DNA of 62,412 nucleotides, counting the filler. It is 7 parts of 7 records of this genome, joined end to end, with 100 filler letters (N's around TTAATTAATTAA, not from the genome) between each part and the next. Parts side by side here need not be neighbours in the genome. Positions count along the whole stretch, not along the records: positions 44,324 to 55,328 come from DRR723986_5944; positions 55,429 to 62,412 come from DRR723986_5953; 5 more parts are not named here. One strand, 5' to 3'. Positions 50,473 to 59,730 of the stretch are shown piece after piece. Every line of letters begins with the position of its first letter. Positions within the stretch are counted from its first letter, which is position 1. Below the pieces are notes generated by a model, which was not told the origin of the DNA, ran no database searches, and saw only the letters and a program-made list of their open reading frames with translations. The position numbers were made by a program, and so were the translations under genes.

Positions 50473-51966
50473 ATGCAACGGGTTGAGGAGTTTCTAGCCG
50501 ATCAAGTGCAAAAGGCCCCCGATGCCCTGTCCTTGACTGACAGCATCGGCACCCGTTGGAGCTTTGCCGATCTGGATGCTGCAAGCACTGATCTGGCCGG
50601 GCAGCTGACCAAAGCGGGCGTGCGGGCCAATGACCGGGTGCTGATGCTCTCGGAAAACTGCGCTGCCGCGGTCGCTGTGCTCTTCGCCTGCTGGAAGCTG
50701 GACGCCGTGGTGATCCCGGTCAACGCCCGCCAATCCGCCGCCGAGGTGGACCGGGTCGTGGCGCACGCTGCCCCGGCAGCAGTGGTGATGACGGATGCCG
50801 TGTCCACCGATGCAGCCGCCCATGCGCACCGGTTGCAGGCCAGCGCGATCTCGGGCCGGTTTGGTACATTGCAACTGGTCACCCCAATGCCCAGCCAACC
50901 CGACGCCGATTTGGCCGATGTGGCTGTCCTGCTTTATACCACAGGCACAACTGGTGATCCCAAGGGCGTGATGTTGACCCATGCCAATCTGCGCTTCGGG
51001 GGCAAGGCTTCGGCGCAGCTGCGCAACATGACCCCAAATGATCTGATCTACGGCGTGCTGCCGATCACCCATGTTTTTGGTCTGGCGTCTGTTGTCACTG
51101 CGTCCTGTTATGCCGGTGCCTCCGTGCGGCTTGAGGCACGGTTTTCCGCCGCAAAACTGTTCGCGGCGCTCAATGAAGGTGTCACGCTTTTGTCAGCGGT
51201 GCCGCAGATGCACGCCTTGTTGATGCAATACACCAAGGAACAAGGCCTTGATCGGCTCGGCTCGCCCGACCTGCGCTATGTGTCCTCCGGCGCAGCGCCC
51301 CTTGATCCGGCTTGGAAACGCAAGGCCGAGGCTTTTTACGGCGTTGCCCTGCAAAACGGCTATGGCATGACCGAAACCACCGCCGGCGTCTGCGCCTCGA
51401 ACAATCCCATCGGATCGCCGGACATCTCGGTTGGTCCTTGCCTGCCCGGCGTGGAGGTGATGATCGACGACAGCGTGCCGGGCGGTCATGATGGCACCGG
51501 CGAGGTACTGACGCGCGGCGCGCATATCATGAAGGGCTATTACCGAAACCCTGAGGAAACCGCCAAAGTTCTGACCTCCGATGGTTGGATGCGCACCGGC
51601 GATCTGGGCAAGATCGACAAAAACGGCTTTCTGCACATCCTTGGCCGCTCTAAAGAGCTGATCATCCATGGCGGATTCAACGTCTATCCGCCCGAGGTTG
51701 AGGCGGCGCTGAACGACCACCCGCAAGTGATCCAATCGGCTGTCATTGGCCGGATGAAAGACGGCGACGAGCAGGTGCTGGCCTTTGTGCAAATCGCCGA
51801 AGGCGACAACTTAACCGCCGCCGAATTGTGCGATTTTGTGCGGGGCCGGCTGACCGGCTACAAACGGCCCGCGCAAATCATCCTCGGCACAGCGCTGCCT
51901 GCCGCGCCCACAGGCAAAATTCTCAAGCACAAACTGCTCGACAGATTTGCCGATCAACTGGCCTGA
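50473..51966 (+). CDS. Acyl-CoA synthetase (AMP-forming)
   Basis: YTTGTTGDPKG, GYGMTE, TGDLG, TGKILK. Confidence 0.93.
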   Translation: MQRVEEFLADQVQKAPDALSLTDSIGTRWSFADLDAASTDLAGQLTKAGVRANDRVLMLSENCAAAVAVLFACWKLDAVVIPVNARQSAAEVDRVVAHAAPAAVVMTDAVSTDAAAHAHRLQASAISGRFGTLQLVTPMPSQPDADLADVAVLLYTTGTTGDPKGVMLTHANLRFGGKASAQLRNMTPNDLIYGVLPITHVFGLASVVTASCYAGASVRLEARFSAAKLFAALNEGVTLLSAVPQMHALLMQYTKEQGLDRLGSPDLRYVSSGAAPLDPAWKRKAEAFYGVALQNGYGMTETTAGVCASNNPIGSPDISVGPCLPGVEVMIDDSVPGGHDGTGEVLTRGAHIMKGYYRNPEETAKVLTSDGWMRTGDLGKIDKNGFLHILGRSKELIIHGGFNVYPPEVEAALNDHPQVIQSAVIGRMKDGDEQVLAFVQIAEGDNLTAAELCDFVRGRLTGYKRPAQIILGTALPAAPTGKILKHKLLDRFADQLA

Positions 51967-51987
51967 CCAGTTTTGCGCAGCCGCCCC

Positions 51988-52050
51988 CTTCATTTGGCCC
52001 AAAAAACCTCCGGGGGGGACGCGCCGCAGGCGCGGCGGGGGCTGGCCCCC
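51988..52050. repeat. Intergenic REP/MITE-like element of Rhodobacteraceae type
   Basis: CTTCATTTGGCCCAAAAAACCTCCGGGGGG followed by short GC hairpins ending GGGGGCTGGCCCCC; recalled resemblance, single copy here. Confidence 0.5.
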
Positions 52051-52078
52051 ATTCCGCCCTTCAATCCAAACAAACGGC

Positions 52079-52768
52079 TTAGGCGTAGACGCCCGCCGCC
52101 GCCTCACGGATGGCCTTGATATTGGTGCCGTAAGGGGCCGGGTCGCTGACCGATCCACCTTTGAACACGGCCGATCCCGCGACCAGAACATCAGCCCCGG
52201 CCTGTGCCACAATCGGTGCTGTGCTTGGGTCCACGCCGCCATCAATCTCGATATGCACGGGCCGGTCCCCGATCATGGAGCGCAGTGTCTTGATCTTGTC
52301 GCTCATGTCGATGAATTTCTGTCCGCCAAATCCGGGGTTCACGGTCATCACACAGATCAGGTCCGTCAGGTCCAATAGATGCGCGACGGCCTCTGCGGGG
52401 GTGCCGGGGTTGAGCGCAACTCCGGCCTTGGCCCCCGCGCCGCGAATGGCTTGCAAGGTGCGGTGGATATGCGGGCCGGCCTCGACATGGGCGGTGATCA
52501 CATCTGCGCCTGCCTTGGCAAAGGCATCAATGTAGGGATCGACCGGCGCGATCATCAAATGCACATCCATCACACCTTTGATATGCGGACGGATTGCGGC
52601 GCAGGTGGTGGGGCCAAAGCTGATGTTGGGCACAAAATGCCCGTCCATCACATCCACATGCACCCAATCGGCGCCCTGTGCCTCGATGGCCTCACATTCG
52701 GCGCCGAAGTTGGCGAAATCGGCGGCAAGAATCGACGGAGCAATTTTGATGGAACGGTCAAAGGTCAT
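52079..52768 (-). CDS. rpe: Ribulose-phosphate 3-epimerase
   Basis: IAPSIL, HVDVMDGHFVPN, MTVNPGFGGQ, IEIDGG. Confidence 0.97.
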   Translation of the reverse strand: MTFDRSIKIAPSILAADFANFGAECEAIEAQGADWVHVDVMDGHFVPNISFGPTTCAAIRPHIKGVMDVHLMIAPVDPYIDAFAKAGADVITAHVEAGPHIHRTLQAIRGAGAKAGVALNPGTPAEAVAHLLDLTDLICVMTVNPGFGGQKFIDMSDKIKTLRSMIGDRPVHIEIDGGVDPSTAPIVAQAGADVLVAGSAVFKGGSVSDPAPYGTNIKAIREAAAGVYA

Positions 52769-52865
52769 GGCGCTTGTCCTATGTTGGCAGTTTGGCCGCG
52801 TCTTAGCGGGTCGATGGCCATGTGACCAGTGCAGACTGGCCCAAGATGTACAATGGCCGCAGGCC

Positions 52866-53867
52866 TCAGACCTGATAATAGGCGCGATACCAATCGACAA
52901 AAGCCTGCAAGCCGTCCTTGATATCCGTGGTGGGACGATCCCCGATCAGGGCCGTCAGCAGCCGGGTGTCCGCCCAAGTGGCAGGCACGTCACCGGGCTG
53001 CATATCGTGAAAGGTCTTGATCGCCTCGCACTCGCAAGCGCCTTCAATCGCGGCAATGAAATCAAGAAGTTTCACCGGGCTGTCATTGCCGATATTCACC
53101 ACCCGGAACGGCGCCACGGTTGAGACATTGTCATGCGCCACCGGTGCGGCAGGGTCGGGGCGTTTGCCAATCAGCGCAAGGATCGCGCCAACCAGATCAT
53201 CAACATAGGTAAAGTCCCGCTGCATCTGGCCGTGGTTGTAAATGTCGATGGGATCGCCGTTCAGGATTGCCTTGGTGAACTTGAAATGCGCCATATCCGG
53301 GCGGCCCCATGGCCCGTAAACCGTAAAGAACCGGAACATGGTCGTCGGCAACCGGTAAAGATGAGCATAGCTGTGCGCCATCGTCTCGCCCGCCTTTTTG
53401 GTTGCTGCGTAGAACGACATCGGGCTGTCCACCTTGTCCGTCTCTGCATAGGGCAGGTCGGTGTTGGCCCCGTAAACCGATGAACTGGACGCCAGCAGCA
53501 GGTGCTCCGGCGGGAAGGTCCGCGCCGCCTCAAGCAATTCGAACGTGCCGATCAGGTTCGCCTCCACATAGGCACGCGGCATATGCAGCGAATGGCGCAC
53601 GCCGGCCTGTGCGGCCAGATGCACCACGATATCGGGCCGGTGCTGTTCAAAGAGGGTCAGCAATACGCCGGGCGTTTCGATCTTTTCGTTCACCACCTGA
53701 AACGCAGGGTAGTCCAGCAGCATCTCCTGCCGCCGTTTTTTGAGCCCGACATCGTAGTAGTCCGACAGGCTGTCCAGCCCGATCACCTGCCACCCCGCAT
53801 CCAGCAGGGCGCGAGACGTGAAATAGCCGACAAAACCGGATGATCCGGTGACAAGTGCGGTTTTCAA
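52866..53867 (-). CDS. NAD-dependent epimerase (UDP-glucuronate 4-epimerase-like)
   Basis: TGSSGFVG, HLAAQAGVR, YAATKK, FFTVYGPWGRPDMA; TTG start overlapping the upstream stop. Confidence 0.92.
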   Translation of the reverse strand: MKTALVTGSSGFVGYFTSRALLDAGWQVIGLDSLSDYYDVGLKKRRQEMLLDYPAFQVVNEKIETPGVLLTLFEQHRPDIVVHLAAQAGVRHSLHMPRAYVEANLIGTFELLEAARTFPPEHLLLASSSSVYGANTDLPYAETDKVDSPMSFYAATKKAGETMAHSYAHLYRLPTTMFRFFTVYGPWGRPDMAHFKFTKAILNGDPIDIYNHGQMQRDFTYVDDLVGAILALIGKRPDPAAPVAHDNVSTVAPFRVVNIGNDSPVKLLDFIAAIEGACECEAIKTFHDMQPGDVPATWADTRLLTALIGDRPTTDIKDGLQAFVDWYRAYYQV

Positions 53868-55328
53868 AGGTCGATCTCCAGTGTCGCGCCCTCTTGGGCG
53901 GCGCGGGATTGGCACAGGATCATGGAGGTCTCACGCTGTTTGGCCGACAGCACAAAATCGCGGTGCTCCACTTCGCCAGCTTTCACACCGCATTTGCACA
54001 CGCCGCAGATCCCGTCAGAGCATTTGATGTCCACAGGCACCCCTGCCGCAATCAGCGCGTCCGAGGCCGATTGATCCGCCGCGACCGCAATGTCGCGGCC
54101 TGTGGATAGGCGCAGGGTAAAGGGAGTGTTCACGTATTCAGGCAGTTCCGGCGTTGAGAAATATTCGAGATGCCGCGCGTCTTCGGGCACCCCCGCAGCC
54201 TCGGCCGCGTCCATGACCGATTGCATATAGGCATCCGGCCCGCAGGTGTAAACGTGGCTGCCCTTTGGTAACCTGGACATCAGCGCAGGCAGGTCCGCGC
54301 GGCTGCCCTCATCCGACAGATGCAGATGCACCTGATCTTTCCACGGCATCTGCGACAAGAACGCCAGAAACGCCGCCGATGCGCGGGTCGATGACGAATA
54401 ATGCAGGGCAAACGGTTTGCCCAAGGCGTGCAAGCGGTGCGCAAAGGCAATCATCGGCGTTACGCCGATCCCGCCGCCCATCAGCAGGGTCTGCGCGGCG
54501 TCTTCAACCAGTTCAAAATGGTTCACAGGTTTGGAAACAAACACCCGCCGCCCCTTGGTAAACACACGGTGCAGCAAGGCTGATCCGCCGCGCCCCTGAT
54601 CCTCGCGCAGCACCGCAATCCGATATCGGCTGCGGTCTGCGGGATCGCCCAACAGGGAATAGGGCCGCAAGAATTCAGGCGCGACCACCAGATCCAGATG
54701 CGCCCCGGCCGTCCATTCTGGCAAGTCGTGCCCTTCGGGATGGGCGAAATCATATAGCGTTACACCATCGCTCATCTTTTCCGCGTTGACGATGCGCAGA
54801 TCCAAAACCGGCGCATCACTGCCAACATTGTAAAGGTGCAGGTGGTCTGTCTCGCCTCGGGCAGATTTTGCACGATGTTCATCAGCGGTGATCAGATCGG
54901 CATGCGCCTTGATCCCGGCCTCGCGGTTCATCGGGTCGGGATAGGGCCAGGGATGCGCGGCCAGTGGCGCGGGATAAACGGCCAGCGTCTGATCCTCGAA
55001 CTTCAGGTCCAGATCGGTTTGCAAATCGCGGGCGTTCACCGGGGCGGCAGGGGTGTCATAGCTGCCATCCTCCTGCAGCTCGACATCCCACCACCATTTT
55101 TTCACCGGGTTCAACCGGCCCTTGCCGACCTTGTCGTCCAGCTTGGCCAGCATCGGCGCGGCCTGCGGGATATGCGTGGCGGCCCAGCGGAACGGTGCCT
55201 CGGCAAAGAGCCCCTCAAGGTTCCACGGACAGGTCTTCATACACCGCCCGCACATCGCGCCGCCCTGATTGGTGATCCGGTAGGTGGCGCATTTCTGACT
55301 GTCGGATTTCCAGATCTCATAGCCGTTG
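53864..55328 (-). CDS. Reductive dehalogenase fused to FAD/NAD(P)H/2Fe-2S reductase, 5'-truncated
   Basis: WKSDSQKCATYR..CGRCMKTCPWN..KKWWWD RDase C-terminus; RPYSL, GGIGVTP, YTCGP, CSDGICGVC..C. Confidence 0.85.
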
Positions 55329-55428
55329 NNNNNNNNNNNNNNNNNNNNNNNNNNNNNNNNNNNNNNNNNNNNTTAATTAATTAANNNNNNNNNNNNNNNN
55401 NNNNNNNNNNNNNNNNNNNNNNNNNNNN
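55329..55428. other. Artificial contig linker
   Basis: N44-TTAATTAATTAA-N44. Confidence 0.99.
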
Positions 55429-55429
55429 G

Positions 55430-56350
55430 TTCACCATCTCGCGCGGATCGCGGACCGAAGCCAAAGTGCTGACAGTGCGGATCACCGATGGGGATCATCA
55501 AGGGTGGGGCGAGTGCGTGCCCTATGCGCGGTACAACGAAACGCTCGAGTCGGTTGAAGCGGAAATCCGCAATCTGCCCGAGGCTTTTGACCGCGAAACA
55601 TTGATGGATTTATTGCCTGCTGGGGCTGCACGCAATGCCGTGGATTGTGCGTTGTGGGATCTCGAGGCCAAGCGGGCTGGGAAAACAGTTTGGGAGCTGG
55701 CCGGGCTGGACGCACCGGGGCCGGAAATCACTGCCTATACCCTGTCGCTGGATACGCCGGAAAAGATGCAGGCACAGGCGGCTGAGAATGCGTTTCGCCC
55801 GCTGCTGAAAATCAAACTTGGTACGCCAGATGATATGCCGCGGCTTGAGGCCGTGCGGGCAGGCGCACCAGATTCAACGATTATTGTGGACGCAAACGAG
55901 GGCTGGTCGGCTGAGGTTTACGCCGATCTTGCGCCGCATCTGGTGCGTCTGGGTGTAACTTTGGTTGAACAACCCCTGCCTGCGGGCGAGGACGACGCCC
56001 TGCTGGGGATGGAGCGCCCGGTGCCCGTCTGCGCGGATGAGAGCTGCCATGACCGCACCAGCTTGTCCAAACTCAAAGGCAAGTACGATGTGGTGAACAT
56101 CAAGCTGGACAAAACCGGTGGTTTGACCGAGGCGCTGCGCTTGCGCGATGCGGCCCTGGCCGAGGGTTATGACGTGATGGTTGGTTGCATGGTTGGGTCG
56201 TCTCTGGCGATGGCCCCGGCGACCTTGGTGGCGCAGGGTGCGTCGGTGGTGGACCTTGACGGACCGCTGCTGTTGGCCGAAGACCGCGACAACGCTTTGA
56301 CATTTGATGAGAAGGGTGTGCATCCGCCGGTTGCAGCCCTCTGGGGATAG
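55430..56350 (+). CDS. dgcA: N-acetyl-D-Glu racemase/dipeptide epimerase (enolase superfamily), 5'-truncated
   Basis: FTISRG, KIKLG, DANEGW, EQP, ADES, KLDKTGG, DLDG. Confidence 0.85.
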   Translation, partial: FTISRGSRTEAKVLTVRITDGDHQGWGECVPYARYNETLESVEAEIRNLPEAFDRETLMDLLPAGAARNAVDCALWDLEAKRAGKTVWELAGLDAPGPEITAYTLSLDTPEKMQAQAAENAFRPLLKIKLGTPDDMPRLEAVRAGAPDSTIIVDANEGWSAEVYADLAPHLVRLGVTLVEQPLPAGEDDALLGMERPVPVCADESCHDRTSLSKLKGKYDVVNIKLDKTGGLTEALRLRDAALAEGYDVMVGCMVGSSLAMAPATLVAQGASVVDLDGPLLLAEDRDNALTFDEKGVHPPVAALWG

Positions 56351-56360
56351 GAGACGCACA

Positions 56361-57221
56361 ATGCGCACAGTTTATGTAAACGGTCAGTACCTGCCAGAAA
56401 CCGAAGCCACCGTTTCGATCTTTGATCGTGGGTTCTTGATGGCCGACGGCGTTTATGAGGTGACTTCGGTTCTGGATGGCAAACTGATCGATTTTGAAGG
56501 TCATGCCGTACGTCTGGAGCGTTCGTTGAACGAGTTGGATATGCCCGCCGCCTGCACCAAGGAAGAGCTGTTGGAGATCCACCGCGAGTTGGTGCGCGTG
56601 AACGAGATCACCGAGGGTCTAGTGTACCTGCAAATCACCCGTGGGTCCGATGGCGATCGGGACTTTGTGTTTCCAGATCCGGAAACCACCAAGCCGACCA
56701 TCGTTTTGTTCACCCAGAACAAGCCGGGTCTAGCCGATAACCCAGCCGCCAAGAAAGGCGCCAAGATCATCTCGATCGAGGATATCCGCTGGGGTCGTCG
56801 GGACATCAAGACCGTGCAGCTGTTGTACCCGTCCATGGGTAAAATGATGGCCAAGGCGGCCGGTGCAGATGATGCGTGGTTGATCGAAGATGGTCACGTG
56901 ACCGAAGGCACCAGCAACAACGCCTATTTCGTCAAGAACGGCAAGATCGTGACCCGCCCTCTGTCCAACGACATTTTGCATGGCATCACCCGCAAGGCGG
57001 TTCTGCGCATGGCGGAAGAGGCGCAGATGGAAATCGAAGAGCGTCTGTTCACCATCGACGAAGCCAAAGAGGCGGACGAGGCATTTACCACCTCGGCCTC
57101 TGCCTTTGTGATGCCCGTTGTTGAAATCGACGGTGTTGCGCTGGGTGATGGCACACCGGGCCCGATCGCGAAGCGGTTGCGCGAAATCTATCTGGATGAA
57201 AGCCTGAAGGCGGCCATCTAA
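56361..57221 (+). CDS. dat: D-amino-acid transaminase (class IV PLP)
   Basis: DRGFLMADGVYE, DIKT, EGTSNN, LHGITR. Confidence 0.92.
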   Translation: MRTVYVNGQYLPETEATVSIFDRGFLMADGVYEVTSVLDGKLIDFEGHAVRLERSLNELDMPAACTKEELLEIHRELVRVNEITEGLVYLQITRGSDGDRDFVFPDPETTKPTIVLFTQNKPGLADNPAAKKGAKIISIEDIRWGRRDIKTVQLLYPSMGKMMAKAAGADDAWLIEDGHVTEGTSNNAYFVKNGKIVTRPLSNDILHGITRKAVLRMAEEAQMEIEERLFTIDEAKEADEAFTTSASAFVMPVVEIDGVALGDGTPGPIAKRLREIYLDESLKAAI

Positions 57222-57245
57222 ATCAAACGTTGATTTAGCAAGATG

Positions 57246-57277
57246 TAGGGCGGGCCGTTTGGTGCGCCCTATTTTTT
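57246..57277 (+). terminator. Rho-independent terminator
   Basis: TAGGGCG...CGCCCTA-TTTTTT. Confidence 0.65.
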
Positions 57278-57397
57278 GGCACTGCCGCAAAGCCGGGTCA
57301 CTGGTATTTTGAGACGAACAAAACCGACGTCAGTTTGACGAGAATAGACCATCGCGCGCGGGCTGCATGAATAGAGTGCTCTGAAGGAGGACGTTTC

Positions 57398-58588
57398 ATG
57401 CAACCATTCGAAGGCTTGCGGGTCTTAGATCTGACTCATGTTTTTGCCGGCCCATTTTGCGCCTATCAACTTGGCGTGCTTGGGGCCGAGGTGATCAAGA
57501 TCGAACCTGTGGATCGTCCGGATATGACACGTATCGAAGGCGCAGATGCAGAGCTGAACGCGGCCGGCATGGGGTTGTCTTTTCAGGCCCAAGCGGGCGG
57601 TAAAAAGACGCTGGCGCTAGATCTGAAGTCCGAGGACGGCCGAGAGTTGTTTGACCGTCTGGTCGCAACGGCGGATGTGTTGGTGCAAAATTACACTGCT
57701 CAGGCAGTCGAGACATTGGGGCTGGGCTATGAGCGGCTGTCGGCATTGAAGCCTGATTTGATTTACTGTGCGATCAGCGGGTTTGGGCAGGTGAGCCCCA
57801 AAGCTGCGCATCCTGCCTATGACAACGTCATTCAGGCCTTTAGCGGGATCATGTCGACCAACGGGGATGCGGGGCAGGGGCCGCTCAGGATTGGACCTGC
57901 GGTCATTGATTATGGCACCGGGGCACAGGCCGCGCTGGCCGTTTCGGCGGCTTTGTTTGGACGTGCTCAGACGGGGTTGGGGCGGCGGGTTGATGTGGCC
58001 ATGGCGGATGCGGCTTTGATGCTGATGAATTCCTACACCGCCGCGACCCTTGCAACAGGGGATGTGCCCAGCCCGCACGGAAATCATGATCTTGAACTGG
58101 CCGGATATCGCACATTTGAGACAGCGGATGGCCAGTTGATGGTTGGGGCCTTTACCAATGCGCAGATGGCAAATCTGATGATCGCCGTGGGGGATGATGC
58201 GGCAGCGGCGGAAATTTTGGCTACCTCCCGGGCGGATGTCGGGTTGCGGAGGCAGGCTGATGCTGTGCGTCTGGAACGCGTTATGCTGACCCGCACAGCC
58301 GCAGAGTGGGAGGACCATTTGAACGCGCACCATGTTCCGGCTGCGCGGGTGCGGGGCATAGACGAGGCCCTGCAAGAACCGCATTATCAAGCGCGAAACG
58401 TGGTCCAGACTGTGGGTGAAGATCGGTTTGCAGTGGCCGGGTTCACCTATGATCACGGCGGGCCAGAACTGAAAGCACTGCCGCGCGCGCATGGGGCGGA
58501 CAGTCGGTCAGTACTGGCGGAATTCGGTGTGGATGCGGCCAAATTCGAACATCTGGCCGCCAAAGGGGTGGTGTTTAGCCCTTCTTAG
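57398..58588 (+). CDS. Family III CoA transferase (CaiB/BaiF)
   Basis: LRVLDLTHVFAGP, GAEVIKIEP, ISGFGQ, AYD. Confidence 0.92.
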   Translation: MQPFEGLRVLDLTHVFAGPFCAYQLGVLGAEVIKIEPVDRPDMTRIEGADAELNAAGMGLSFQAQAGGKKTLALDLKSEDGRELFDRLVATADVLVQNYTAQAVETLGLGYERLSALKPDLIYCAISGFGQVSPKAAHPAYDNVIQAFSGIMSTNGDAGQGPLRIGPAVIDYGTGAQAALAVSAALFGRAQTGLGRRVDVAMADAALMLMNSYTAATLATGDVPSPHGNHDLELAGYRTFETADGQLMVGAFTNAQMANLMIAVGDDAAAAEILATSRADVGLRRQADAVRLERVMLTRTAAEWEDHLNAHHVPAARVRGIDEALQEPHYQARNVVQTVGEDRFAVAGFTYDHGGPELKALPRAHGADSRSVLAEFGVDAAKFEHLAAKGVVFSPS

Positions 58589-58889
58589 TCACGTTTTCCT
58601 CAAAGGCGACTTTGAAGGCTGCCTGCTTTTCCGGGGTTGCATCTGTCTGATAGTTGGCCTTCCATTCATCCATGGTCATGCCATAATACGCTTCGCGGGC
58701 TTGGTTTTTGTCCATCTCAATGCCGCGCTCGTTGGCGGCCTCTTGATACCAGCGGGCGAGGCAATTCCGGCAAAACCCGGCCAAGTTCATCATGTCGATG
58801 TTCTGCGCGTCTGTGCGATCTTCCATGAGGTGCTTTTGCAAGCGGCGAAAGGCGGCGGCCTGAATTTCGATTTCGGTTTGCTGATCCAT
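58575..58889 (-). CDS. DUF1244 family protein
   Basis: AAAFRRL, QNIDMMNLAGFCRNCL, YGM..EWK..YQ. Confidence 0.9.
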   Translation of the reverse strand: MDQQTEIEIQAAAFRRLQKHLMEDRTDAQNIDMMNLAGFCRNCLARWYQEAANERGIEMDKNQAREAYYGMTMDEWKANYQTDATPEKQAAFKVAFEENVTKKG

Positions 58890-58939
58890 GCGTTTTGGCT
58901 CCGGAAAGAAGTGTTGGCGTCCCTAATGTCAGGTACCAA

Positions 58940-59255
58940 GCAACGCTCACAGATACAATCATCAGCATTTTGGATGAAGCAGTCACTGGCGGAGGGGTGG
59001 GGCTGGCATGGATTATTGGTCCAATGTCTATGCATATCATTCAGGCCTCCCTGCGCTACCAGTTAGCAATGCGCTCAGTCTCCCTGATTACTCAGGTTCC
59101 AGATCGCGTTGTTCGTTGGTTCGGTCAGGGCGGTGAAAATCTGAATGAAGAAAGCGACTCCAGAACCGCTGTCATGATGCTGAACCAGCATTCTGAGAGA
59201 AGAGTTGGTGAAACTGCGGGCATTATGTCAGTCTCCAAGAAAGGTCCGAGCATCG
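58940..59255 (+). pseudogene. Probable fragment of a DotA/TraY-family type IVB secretion gene
   Basis: YQLAMRSVSLITQVPDRVVRWFGQGGENLNEE resembles the DotA/TraY C-terminal region; no good start; boundaries approximate. Confidence 0.5.
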
Positions 59256-59374
59256 GGGAAGAAGTTGCTCTGGGCATTGTCCTAAGGTGTACTTGGCAAC
59301 TCCAGTATTCTGTCGATTGCATGTATCGATAACGAGGGCTGCTGGCCGTGTGAGGGGTGCACCTTTCTAGAAGG

Positions 59375-59614
59375 CTAGGCCAGCTTCAAAGCTAAATAGG
59401 GGGCGACGGCAAACACCAAGGTGGCGATTTTGTAATTGGCGAGGAAACGGTAATGTTCTGCCCGCACCGCCTCTGGTTCAAGGTTGAACCACTTGGTGTG
59501 GATTCCCACCACCCAATCTTGCAGGAAAAAGAGAACCGCAGTGGCCAGGATTAAGTAACCGAGGTTCAAAATCGCCATCCAACCAAAGACAGTTGCCAGT
59601 GTTTCAACAGTCAT
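59375..59614 (-). CDS. Small membrane protein (DUF6868-like)
   Basis: FGWMAILN, YK..LVF.VAPYLAL; AAAGGAG RBS. Confidence 0.75.
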   Translation of the reverse strand: MTVETLATVFGWMAILNLGYLILATAVLFFLQDWVVGIHTKWFNLEPEAVRAEHYRFLANYKIATLVFAVAPYLALKLA

Positions 59615-59730
59615 GACACGCTCCTTTCAGGGGTAGTCTTCTGTCATGACTAATATGGGGTTTCTCGCATGTGTCTGCAAGATTTCCGCAGCGAAACTGA
59701 CAGCGGGCAGGGCGTCATTTGAAAGTCCAT

